Shown: piece by piece, positions 39,531-48,604 of the stretch
Position numbering within the stretch: the stretch's first letter is position 1
Layout: each line of letters starts with the position of its first letter
NCBI GenBank assembly: GCA_963798915.1
Contig: CAWCVB010000002.1
Location: forward strand, 384,001-448,000
DNA length: 64,000 nucleotides
Direction of reading: 5' to 3'
Source: an uncultured Gemmatimonadales bacterium
Lineage (GTDB): Bacteria; Gemmatimonadota; Gemmatimonadetes; Gemmatimonadales; GWC2-71-9
Position numbers and translations under genes: made by a program
Notes under the pieces: generated by a model
Seen by the model: only the letters and a program-made list of their open reading frames with translations
What the model was told of the DNA's origin: nothing
The model's database searches: none

Positions 39531-40001
39531 GTGCGATCCAGACTCCTGCTGTTGCTGCTGCTTGCGGCGTGCGGTGGAAAGGGGGATGCCGGTGGCGAGG
39601 CTGCGCCTGCGGGACAACCAGCGGACGGTCAGGCCGGCACGGCATTGACGGCATTCCAGATGAAGAATGGCATCGGTCCGGTGACGGAAGAAGTGACCCT
39701 CGGTCCGATCGACCGGGCACTGGCAGAAACCGGTGAGCAGATCTTCGAGGCTCGCTGCAGCGCGTGCCACAAGCTTGGCGAGCGCTACGTGGGCCCGCCG
39801 CTGGGTGACGTGCTGACCCGCCGGACCCCGGCATACGCCATGAACATGATGCTCAACCCGGACACCATGTACACCCGCCACCCGGAGGCGCGGGCACTGC
39901 TGGCGCAGTATGCCACCCAGATGCCGAACCTCCAGCTCAAGGTGGAAGAGGCCCGGGCCATCGTTGAGTACATCCGGAAAGAAGCCGCGGAGCAAAAGTG
40001 A
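39531..40001 (+). CDS. nos-associated monoheme cytochrome c lipoprotein
   Basis: LLAAC lipobox, CSACH, VGPPL, QMP. Confidence 0.92.
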   Translation: MRSRLLLLLLLAACGGKGDAGGEAAPAGQPADGQAGTALTAFQMKNGIGPVTEEVTLGPIDRALAETGEQIFEARCSACHKLGERYVGPPLGDVLTRRTPAYAMNMMLNPDTMYTRHPEARALLAQYATQMPNLQLKVEEARAIVEYIRKEAAEQK

Positions 40002-40050
40002 TCCACGGCCAACGTAGTGACATCCGCGGCGTGGCCGCAGGGGGACGTGC

Positions 40051-42076
40051 ATGAAGTCTGTCAGGAGTGGAATCCCGTTCGCGGGCGCCGCGGCGCTCGC
40101 CGTCGTGCCTGCTTGGATCCTGTGGCCCTGCGGGTGCCCGTGTGGGAGATACAGCAGCGGACGCGGCGCAGCGGGTCTATGTGGCGCCCGGCCAGTATGA
40201 TGAGTTCTACGCCTTCCTGTCCGGCGGCTTTGACGGGCAGGTCGGTGTCTACGGCCTGCCGTCGGGCCGGCTGCTCCGGCATGTCCCGGTCTTCTCCCAG
40301 AATCCGGAGAATGGCTGGGGCTACACCGAGCAGACCAAGGCCATGATGAACACCAGCTTCGGGTTCGTGCCGTGGGACGATTCCCATCACCCGCAGCTCT
40401 CCCAGACAGACGGCGTTCCCGACGGGCGCTGGCTTTTCATCAATGGCAATAACACGCCGCGCATCGCCAGGATTGACCTCACCCGGTTCGAGACGGAAGA
40501 AATTCTGGAGATTCCGAACTCGGCCGGCAACCACGCCTCGCCCTTCGTGACACCCGACAATCGCTATGTGGTCGCGGGCACCCGGTTCAGTGTGCCCACG
40601 CCGCAGCGCGACATCCCGATCGCCGATTACAAGACCGATTTTGCCGGGTTGCTGACCTTTGCCCGGGTGGACAGCGCCACCGGGCACATGGCCATCGCCT
40701 TCCAGATCCGGATGCCCGGGTTTGACTATGACCTGTCGCACTCGGGCAAGGGGCCCAGCGACGGCTGGTCGTTCTTCACCTCGTACAACAGTGAACAGGC
40801 GAACGAGCTGAAGGAGGTCAACGCCTCCCAGAACGACAAGGATTACATCGCCGCAGTGAACTGGAAGCGGGCCGAGCAGTGCGTGGCGGAGGGCAAGGCA
40901 AAGAGTGAGCCGGCCCGGTATGCCCACAACATGATTGGTGCAGACGGGATTGCGCGCACCGAGTGGGGCAGCTCCGTCAAGGTGCTCCAGCCCACCGACT
41001 GTCCGGAACTGGTCTATTTCCTGCCCACACCCAAGTCTCCTCACGGCGTGGACGTGGATCCGACGGGCGAGTACATCGTCTCGGGTGGCAAGCTGGCGAC
41101 CGTGATCCCGGTGCACTCGTTCAGCAAGATGCTCGCGGCCATTCAGGCCAAGTCGTTTGCCGGCGAGGTGGATGGCATCCCCATACTCAAGTACGAGTCG
41201 GTGATGCATTGCGAGGTGCAGAACCCGGGCCTGGGCCCGCTCCACAACGAATTCGATGATCGGGGCAACGCGTACAGCTCGCTCTTCATCAGCTCCGAAA
41301 TCGTCAAGTGGCGGGTCAAGGACTGCCAGGTGCTCGATCGCGTCCCGGTCTACTACTCGATCGGTCACCTCATGATTCCCGGCGGCGATAGCCGGAAGCC
41401 ATTCGGCAAGTACGTGCTTGCGCTCAACAAGATCACCAAGGACCGGTACCTGCCCACCGGACCCGAGCTGGCGCAGTCGGCCCAGCTGTTCGACATCTCG
41501 GGCGACAAGATGAAGCTCCTGCTCGACTTCCCGACCATCGGCGAGCCGCACTACGCTCAGGCCCTGCCGGCCAGCATGATCAAGGATCGCCAGCAGAAGG
41601 TCTACTCGCTGGCCGGTAACACCGATCCCTTCGTGACCAGGTCGGAGAAGGAGACCCACGTGGTGCGCAAGGGTTCGCGTGTCGATGTCTACATGACGGC
41701 GATTCGCAGCCACTTCGTGCCCGACAACATCGAAGGCTTCCAGGTGGGCGACTCGGTCTACTTCCACGTCACGAATCTGGAGCAGGACTGGGACGTGCCG
41801 CATGGCTTCGCGGCCATGGGCGCCAGGACGGCCGAACTGCTCATCATGCCGGGGCAGACGCGGACCCTGACGTGGGTCCCGCAGCGGGTCGGGGTGTTCC
41901 CGTTCTACTGCACCGATTTCTGCTCGGCGCTGCATCAGGAGATGCAGGGGTACGCCCGGGTGTCGCCGCGCGGCAGCAGCGTGCCCATCGCCTGGAACGG
42001 GCCGTCGGGCTCGCTGGGCAAGGCCAAGCAGGTCGCGGCTGGTCACGCGGCGCACGCCGCCGTGGCGGCGGACTGA
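40051..42076 (+). CDS. nosZ: Clade II (Sec/lipoprotein) nitrous oxide reductase; +1 indel near 40108
   Basis: DSHHP, GNH, SPHG, GPLH, EPH; CuA HGF..CTDFCSALHQEM; no twin-arginine; ATG 40051 is out of frame by 1. Confidence 0.97.
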
Positions 42077-42083
42077 GCCGGCC

Positions 42084-43103
42084 ATGATGTCCCGTCGAGC
42101 CCGCCTGGTGATGGCCATCGGAGCCCTGCTCATGCTGGTGGCCTATGTGGCGCCGCTGTGGCGCATCCAGCTGCTCGCGCCGCAGTATCCGGAGGGGTTG
42201 GGCCTCCGCATCTGGGTAAGCCAGGTGCGGGGCGCCAGCCCGCCGGACCTCAACAGCATCAACAACCTGAATCATTACATCGGCATGAAGCGGATCGAGC
42301 CCGGTGCGATTCCGGAGCTGCGCTTCATGCCATGGATCCTTGCTGGCCTCATTGCCAGCGGACTCCTGGTGACACTACTCGGGCGACGAAAAGTGCTGCT
42401 GGGCTGGCTGGGGACCGCCTCGCTGGTGGCGCTCATCGGCCTCGCCGACTTCTGGAAGTGGGGTTACGACTATGGGCATGAGCTGGATCCGCATGCCATC
42501 ATCAAGATCCCGGGCATGAGCTACCAGCCGCCCCTGATCGGCGGCAAGCAGTTGTTGAATTTCCACGCCACATCCTGGCCGGACCTTGGGGGCTGGGTCA
42601 TTGTTGCCGCCCTGGTGCTCGCGCTGGCCGCCCTGATGCTCGATCGCCGCCGCTCGGCGGTCGCAAGCGCGGCTGTTGGTGCGCTGGTCGCGTGCGCCCA
42701 CGCTCCCCGGGCCATTCTGTATGGTGAAGAGGCCTGCGATCACTGCCACATGGTCATCACCGACCCGCGCTTTGCCGGACAGCTCGTGGCCAGCACGGGC
42801 CGGGTCTACGCCTTTGACGATGTCGGCTGCCTTGCCGCGTTCGCGGCCACGGGACCGGTGCAGGGCGCCCAGGTGCACGGCATCTTCGTCAACTCCTACG
42901 TGGCCACCGACAGCCAGTTCGAGGCCGCCGGCATGGTGTACCTCCGGAGCGCGGTCCTCCGCACGCCGATGGCGAGCGGGCTGGCGGCGCTTCGCCCGGG
43001 CGCCGAGGCGGACAGCGTCCGGGCGCTGCTGGGAGGCGAGCTGCTGAGCTGGGCGGAGGTGGTTGCCGCCGCGGACGAGGCGGCGCTGGCGCCGGTACCA
43101 TGA
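42084..43103 (+). CDS. nosL: NosB-like membrane domain fused to NosL
   Basis: APQYPEGL..INNLNHYIGMK..YQPPLIG then CDHCHMVI, FDDVGC, TPMASG. Confidence 0.85.
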   Translation: MMSRRARLVMAIGALLMLVAYVAPLWRIQLLAPQYPEGLGLRIWVSQVRGASPPDLNSINNLNHYIGMKRIEPGAIPELRFMPWILAGLIASGLLVTLLGRRKVLLGWLGTASLVALIGLADFWKWGYDYGHELDPHAIIKIPGMSYQPPLIGGKQLLNFHATSWPDLGGWVIVAALVLALAALMLDRRRSAVASAAVGALVACAHAPRAILYGEEACDHCHMVITDPRFAGQLVASTGRVYAFDDVGCLAAFAATGPVQGAQVHGIFVNSYVATDSQFEAAGMVYLRSAVLRTPMASGLAALRPGAEADSVRALLGGELLSWAEVVAAADEAALAPVP

Positions 43104-44317
43104 CCGGAGCGCTGTTCCTGATGGTGTTGATGGGTGTGCCGGCCCGAACCATCGTGGTCGCGCCCGGTACGTCAATCGCCACCGTGGCGGACGCACTTGG
43201 CCGGGCCGTGGATGGCGACACCATTCTGGTGCAGCCCGGTGTGTATCACGAGGCCGAACTGCACGTGACGAAGCAGGTCGTCATCCTGGGGCGGGACATG
43301 CCGGTCCTGGATGGGGGCGGCCGGCCAGTCCTCTTCATCGAGGCCGACAGCGTCGTCGTCGAGGGCCTCCTCATCCGGAACGTGGCGTCCAGCTTTACCG
43401 ACGACCGCGCCGCCATCCGGACGGACGGAGTGGATGGGTGCGTCATTCGCGGCAACGTCATTCGCGACAGCTTCTTCGCGATCTATGCGGCCCGGTCGAG
43501 CAACTGCATCATCGCCGGAAACCGTGTCGTCGGGAGCGGGAAGGGCGAGACGTTCAACGGCAATGCCATTCACCTCTATAATACCCGCGGATTCCTGGTG
43601 GAGCGGAATGACCTGCGCGGCCACCGCGACGGGATCTACATCGAGTTCGGCCGGTTGGCGACGGTCCGAAGCAACCGGAGCGAGGGAAACACGCGCTACG
43701 GGCTGCATTTCATGTACTCCGATTCCTGCGAATACCGCCAGAACACCTTTCATGCCAACCGGGCGGGCGTGGCGGTGATGTATTCCCACGTCGTGCTGAT
43801 GATGGGCAACAGCTTTTCCGGCGCGACCGGTGCCGGCGGCTACGGCCTCCTGCTCAAGGAAATCGGCGAGAGCCGACTGGAGGACAACGTCTTCAGCGGA
43901 AACACTGTGGCGCTGTCCGTCGAGGGGAGCGAGCGGCTGGTGGCGCGCGGCAACCGCTTCCAGCGGAATGGCTGGGCGGTGCGGCTCTCCGGCGCGGCGG
44001 ATGGTGGCCGCTTCGAGCGCAACCAGTTTGTGGGAAACGCCTTCGATGTGGTCACCAGCACTCGTCATGCCGCCACCCACTTCTCGGCAAACTTCTGGGA
44101 CCGCTACGAGGGCTATGACCTCGATCGGGACGGCCGGGGTGATGTCCCGTTCCGTCCCGTGCGGCTCTTCGGCCTCATCGTGGAGCAGCATCGCGGAGCG
44201 ATCATCCTGCTGAACAGTCTGCTTGTGGACCTCCTTGAAACCGCGGAACGGGTCGCGCCGGTGCTCACGCCCGAACTGCCGGTCGATTCCATGCCACTGA
44301 TGCGGTGGCACGCGTGA
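43100..44317 (+). CDS. nosD: Nitrous oxide reductase maturation protein
   Basis: GHRDGIY, RYGLHFMYS, NFWDRYEGYDLDRDGRGDVP. Confidence 0.95.
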   Translation: MTGALFLMVLMGVPARTIVVAPGTSIATVADALGRAVDGDTILVQPGVYHEAELHVTKQVVILGRDMPVLDGGGRPVLFIEADSVVVEGLLIRNVASSFTDDRAAIRTDGVDGCVIRGNVIRDSFFAIYAARSSNCIIAGNRVVGSGKGETFNGNAIHLYNTRGFLVERNDLRGHRDGIYIEFGRLATVRSNRSEGNTRYGLHFMYSDSCEYRQNTFHANRAGVAVMYSHVVLMMGNSFSGATGAGGYGLLLKEIGESRLEDNVFSGNTVALSVEGSERLVARGNRFQRNGWAVRLSGAADGGRFERNQFVGNAFDVVTSTRHAATHFSANFWDRYEGYDLDRDGRGDVPFRPVRLFGLIVEQHRGAIILLNSLLVDLLETAERVAPVLTPELPVDSMPLMRWHA

Positions 44318-45093
44318 GCGCGCTGACATCGCCGCGCCAACGACGCCGGCTCGCCCTGGTGGCCGCCAGCGGCATCCCGGTGGAGACACGCGCGCTCGAC
44401 AAGTCGTTCGGTCCGCTGGTGGTGCTCCGCCAGGCGAGCGTCACGTTCCATCCTGGACGCACCACGGCGCTCATCGGGCCGAACGCGGCCGGGAAGACGA
44501 CCCTCCTCAAGTGCATCCTCGGGCTGGTGCGCCCCGATTCGGGCGTGATAATGGTTGGTGAGCACGTGGCCGGTGCCGGGGAGGCATATCGCCGGCTGAT
44601 CGGATACATGCCGCAGTCAGCCAGCTTTCCCGAGCACCTGACCGTGGGGGAAGTGACCCGCATGATCCGTGACCTGCGCGGGAGCGAAGGCATTCCGGAC
44701 AATGAGCTGCTGCAGCGGTTCGAGCTGGCCCGATTCCACGATAGCGCGGTGCGCACCCTCTCGGGCGGCACCAGGCAGAAGCTCAACGCGGCACTGGCCT
44801 TCATGTTCCGGCCGCAGGTGCTGATCCTGGACGAGCCCACCGCCGGACTGGATCCGATCGCGGCCGGGATTCTCAAGGAGAAGGTGGCGCAGGCGCGCGA
44901 TGCCGGTGCGACGATCATCATCACCTCGCACGTCATCGCTGAACTCGAGGAATTATCGGATGACGTGGTGCTGCTGCTGGACGGCGCCGTCTGCTATCAG
45001 GGCCCGCTGGGCAGGATCAGCCGGGAGACCGGCGAGGCCCGCCTGGAACGCGCCGTCGCGGCCTTGATGCGTCCGACCGGCCGTCAGCCATGA
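44314..45093 (+). CDS. nosF: ABC transporter ATPase
   Basis: GPNAAGKTT, LSGG, ILDEPT; GTGA overlap with nosD. Confidence 0.9.
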   Translation: MSALTSPRQRRRLALVAASGIPVETRALDKSFGPLVVLRQASVTFHPGRTTALIGPNAAGKTTLLKCILGLVRPDSGVIMVGEHVAGAGEAYRRLIGYMPQSASFPEHLTVGEVTRMIRDLRGSEGIPDNELLQRFELARFHDSAVRTLSGGTRQKLNAALAFMFRPQVLILDEPTAGLDPIAAGILKEKVAQARDAGATIIITSHVIAELEELSDDVVLLLDGAVCYQGPLGRISRETGEARLERAVAALMRPTGRQP

Positions 45094-45878
45094 ACGTGAC
45101 GGGCAAGGTTTTCCGCTACCAGCTCGAGAACGTGCGCCGAAGCCGCGCCGTGCTGGTCTATGCCTTGCTGCTGCTGGTGGTGACCCACTCACTGCTGCAT
45201 TTTGGCGGGGGCGGCTCGAGGGCACTGCTCAGCCTGCTGAACGTGGTCCTCATTTTTGTGCCGCTGGTGAGCCTGGTGTTCGGGACCGTCTATCTCTACG
45301 GCGCGCGCGAGTTCATTGAACTCCTGCTGGCCCAGCCGGTAAGCCGGCGCGCGCTGTTCACCGGACTGTGGGGCGGGCTCACGCTGCCGCTGGTGCTGGC
45401 CTTCGTGCTGGGAACCGGATTGCCCTTTCTCTGGCATGGTGGACTGGGCGGGATGATGCTGCCGCTCGGTATGCTGCTGCTCTCCGGCAGTCTCCTTACC
45501 GCCGCCTTCAGCGCCGTGTCCATGTGGATTGCCATCCGCGTCGATGACAGGGCCCGGGGACTCGGCCTTGCCCTGGCGGCGTGGACCGTCACCGCCATCG
45601 CCTGGGACGCTCTTGTCCTGCTGGTGGTCGCCCTTGCCGGTGACCGGCCGCTGGAGTTCGTCCTCCTGGGCCTCTCAATGGCCAATCCGGTGGATGCGGC
45701 GCGCGTGGGCCTGGTGCTGACGCTGGATGCACCGGCGCTGATGGGCTATACCGGCGCGGTCATGCGTCACGCGCTGGGTGCTCATGGCGGCGCGCTATTG
45801 AGCGTCGGTGCCTTGCTGCTCTGGGCGACGTTGCCCCTCCTGCTGGCTGCTCGCCGCTTCCAGCGCAAGGATTTCTAG
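45090..45878 (+). CDS. nosY: ABC transporter permease
   Basis: REFIELLLAQP, NPVDAAR, ALMGYTGA, F.RKDF. Confidence 0.9.
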   Translation: MNVTGKVFRYQLENVRRSRAVLVYALLLLVVTHSLLHFGGGGSRALLSLLNVVLIFVPLVSLVFGTVYLYGAREFIELLLAQPVSRRALFTGLWGGLTLPLVLAFVLGTGLPFLWHGGLGGMMLPLGMLLLSGSLLTAAFSAVSMWIAIRVDDRARGLGLALAAWTVTAIAWDALVLLVVALAGDRPLEFVLLGLSMANPVDAARVGLVLTLDAPALMGYTGAVMRHALGAHGGALLSVGALLLWATLPLLLAARRFQRKDF

Positions 45879-45985
45879 GCTGAAGGCTCAAAGTTCGAGG
45901 CCAAAGGCGCAAGGCCCAAGGCGTTATCCTCGCTTCAGCCTTCAGCCTTCAGCCTTCAGCCTTCAGCCTTCAGCCTTCAGCCTTG
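45879..45985. repeat. Inverted heptamer arms around core GCGTTATCCTCG (copy 1)
   Basis: GCTGAAG-like units, core at 45921-45932, (CTTCAGC)x7. Confidence 0.9.
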
Positions 45986-46011
45986 CCCTATGCTATCAGT
46001 GATGCTATCAT
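45983..46011 (+). promoter_or_regulatory. vapBC promoter, probably leaderless, with TGCTATCA direct repeats
   Basis: TTGCCC, 17 bp, TATCAT with extended TG; ATG 6 nt downstream; repeats at 45991 and 46003. Confidence 0.6.
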
Positions 46012-46017
46012 GATGTC

Positions 46018-46242
46018 ATGACACGCACCACTATCACAATCCCCGAAGAGTTGCTGGATCGGCTCAGGGTCGCCGCTGCTCAACAGCGGCGATCCATCGC
46101 GGCGCTGGTGCGCGAGGCGGTGGAGGAGATGGTCGCGCGGGTTCGGCCGCGTCCGCGCAGTCTCGGCATCGGGTCGTCAGACCACACCGACACCGCCCGG
46201 CGCACCGCCGTTGAGCGGCCGGAGCCCCGATCGTGGCGCTGA
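46018..46242 (+). CDS. vapB: RHH/CopG antitoxin
   Basis: RTTITIPEELL..SIAALVREAVE; overlaps the PIN gene. Confidence 0.85.
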   Translation: MTRTTITIPEELLDRLRVAAAQQRRSIAALVREAVEEMVARVRPRPRSLGIGSSDHTDTARRTAVERPEPRSWR

Positions 46243-46652
46243 TTCTCGACACCGGCCCACTGTACGCATCGCTTGACCGAAGCGACGCCGACCACGAAGC
46301 CTGCCGTCGACTCATCGAAGATGCGGGCGAGCCCCTCGTCATCCCTGCGCCTGTGCTGGTCGAAGTGGATTACTGGATTCACCTGCGCCTCAATCCCGGG
46401 GTCCTGGTGGCGCTCCTCGATGACATCGTGACTGGCGCGTACATGGTGGAAGCGCTACTACCGGAAGACTACCGTCGCGTCCAGCAGCTCTCGGACCGCT
46501 ACGCCGACAGTGATATCGGGTTCGTCGACGCCGCGGTGCTGGCCATCGTGGAGCGACTGGGTGAGCCGAAACTCGCGACTCTGGACCGGAGACACTTCGG
46601 GCTCCTGCGACCACGCCACGTGGATGCGCTCACGCTCGTCCCCTCTGCATAG
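46233..46652 (+). CDS. vapC: PIN-domain toxin
   Basis: LILDTG, VLVE, FVDA, TLDRRHF. Confidence 0.92.
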   Translation: MALILDTGPLYASLDRSDADHEACRRLIEDAGEPLVIPAPVLVEVDYWIHLRLNPGVLVALLDDIVTGAYMVEALLPEDYRRVQQLSDRYADSDIGFVDAAVLAIVERLGEPKLATLDRRHFGLLRPRHVDALTLVPSA

Positions 46653-46658
46653 GTGCTG

Positions 46659-46709
46659 GGCTGAAGGCTGAAGGCCCAAAGCGTTATCCTCGTTCAGCCT
46701 TCAGCCTTC
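46659..46709. repeat. Inverted heptamer arms around core GCGTTATCCTCG (copy 2)
   Basis: GGCTGAAGGCTGAAGGCCCAAA-GCGTTATCCTCG-TTCAGCCTTCAGCC. Confidence 0.88.
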
Positions 46710-47270
46710 GACACGATGCACGGACTCACACAGCACCAGCTGGCCCACCGCGGGCGAGGCGCCCCGGAGCCGCACCACGTACTGATAGCCCAGGTCGAAG
46801 GGCGCCGTGGCATCCACCGGCGTGATGCTGATGACTTGCGAGTCGGCCACCAGCAGGGCGCCACTGGCGGGCTGGGCGATGAGTGCCAGCATGGGCGCGC
46901 TGGTGAGCCCGCCACCGGTCGCCGTGATCTGGGCCGAGCCCAGCGCGCCCACCGCCGTGGCGTGGCCGTCCGGCGTGACGCTCACCATGCCGGTGTTGGA
47001 GGACGTCCAGGTGACGGCCGGGGCTTGGACCTCCTGCCCATCGGCAGCAAAGGCCTGGACCGTGAGTGGCCGCACATCGCCGGCCGTGGTGAACAGCACC
47101 GCGCCGGGCACGATCTCCAGCCGGCTGGCCACGCCCGGAGCGGGGCCCGGCCCAAGGCCCGGCCCGGTGCTGTCCCCGCCGCCGCAACCGAGCGCCAGCA
47201 GCAGCGCGAACCCCTCGACCATCCGTACCCAACGCCCGCTGGCGGCGCGGCGACGCTTCAGCACGTCCAT
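46701..47270 (-). pseudogene. Truncated paralog of the Ig-like lipoprotein at 48605-51105
   Basis: LALGC lipobox; near-identical to 50585-51030; ends in the repeat. Confidence 0.8.
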
Positions 47271-47437
47271 GCTGTCACTCCTGGATTGGGATCGTGATCG
47301 CCGGCCGGATTCATCGCATCCAGTCATCCATCAGCCGCGTCAGCTCGCCGGCGCGGCGAAGCTCCCCGTCAGGGGCTGGTGCTCCTGGCCGCCGCAGTCA
47401 TGGCGCCCATCAGCCGCCACCGATAGCTTTGGGCGTC

Positions 47438-47635
47438 ATGACCTCAACGGCCCATCAGCTCCAGGATCAGCTTCTCTCAGGCCTCAGTGCCGAGCGGAAG
47501 CTGCTGCTCAGTGAGGGCCTGCGGCACGCGGCCTGGGAGCTCAAGGCGGCCTGGATCCGGAACCAGCACCCCGAGCTCACGCCGCGCGAGGTGACGGAGC
47601 GGGTCCGCCAGTTGTTTCTCCATGCCGGCACCTGA
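47438..47635 (+). CDS. Small partner of the nucleotidyltransferase
   Basis: LSAERKL..AWIRNQHPELTPREV; overlaps the next gene. Confidence 0.7.
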   Translation: MTSTAHQLQDQLLSGLSAERKLLLSEGLRHAAWELKAAWIRNQHPELTPREVTERVRQLFLHAGT

Positions 47636-48185
47636 GGTCTACTCCCACTTCCTGCAACCCCTCAACCTCACCGGCTTCCGCTACATGGTGACCGGCGGGC
47701 TCGCGGCCATCATGTACGGCGAGCCTCGGCTGACCAACGATGTGGACCTCGTGCTGGCCTTGCGGCCGGGAGAAGCGCGTCGGCTTGCGCGTGCGTTCCC
47801 GGCGGCGGCGTACTACGTGCCGCCGGTCGAGGTGATCGAGGAAGAGGCCTCGCGGTCCGCAGCAGGGCATTTCAATCTCCTGCATCTCGAAACGACGCTC
47901 AGGGCCGACGTGTATCTGGTCGGTGACGACCCGCTGGGCGCCTGGGGCATGGCGCACCGCCGTCAGATTCCCATCGCCGGCGAGAGCGTCTGGGTGGCAC
48001 CGGCCGAGTATGTGATCGCCAAGAAGCTGGTGTACTATCGCGACGGCGGCTCCGACCGCCACCTCCGCGACATCAATGCGATGCTGCGCTTGAGCGGCGA
48101 CGTGATCGACCGCGCGTTGCTGGCGGACTGGATCGGGCGGCTCGGGCTCGAGCGCGAGTGGGGGCGACTCGAGCCCGGCACCTGA
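47622..48185 (+). CDS. Pol-beta-like nucleotidyltransferase (DUF6036/AbiEii-like)
   Basis: TGGLAAIMYGEPRLTNDVDLV, EYVIAKKL, RHLRDI. Confidence 0.8.
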   Translation: MPAPEVYSHFLQPLNLTGFRYMVTGGLAAIMYGEPRLTNDVDLVLALRPGEARRLARAFPAAAYYVPPVEVIEEEASRSAAGHFNLLHLETTLRADVYLVGDDPLGAWGMAHRRQIPIAGESVWVAPAEYVIAKKLVYYRDGGSDRHLRDINAMLRLSGDVIDRALLADWIGRLGLEREWGRLEPGT

Positions 48186-48219
48186 CGCCGTCAGCCGCCA
48201 ATTCGCCAAGGTTCGTGGT

Positions 48220-48565
48220 TCAGCTGACAAGTCGCCGTGCCCGCGGCCTCGGCGCCGCCCTGGCGCTCTGGATCCTCGTGGCCGTGGCCTACGACGCGCT
48301 TATCCTGCTCGTGGCCGCCGGCGCCGGCGACCGGCCGGTGGAAGTGCCGCTCCTGGCCCTCTGCCTGCTCAACCCGGTCGATGCAGCGCGAGTCGGCCTG
48401 GTGCTGGCGGTCGATGCGCCCGCGCTCATGGGCTACACTGGCGCCATCATGCGGCGCGCCCTGGGACAGGCCGGCGGGATCGCCCTCACGCGCTCCGCCC
48501 TGGTGCTCTGGGCCACGATTCCCCTGCTCGCCGCCCGGAGGCGGTTCGGGCGCAAGGACTTCTGA
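48220..48565 (+). pseudogene. Second, diverged 3' end of nosY
   Basis: RARGLGAALALW..NPVDAARVGLVL..DAPALMGYTGA..RRFGRKDF*; no start. Confidence 0.88.
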
Positions 48566-48604
48566 CGCACGTCCTCGAGGAGCGATGGAGCAGGGGCGTG
48601 CACC

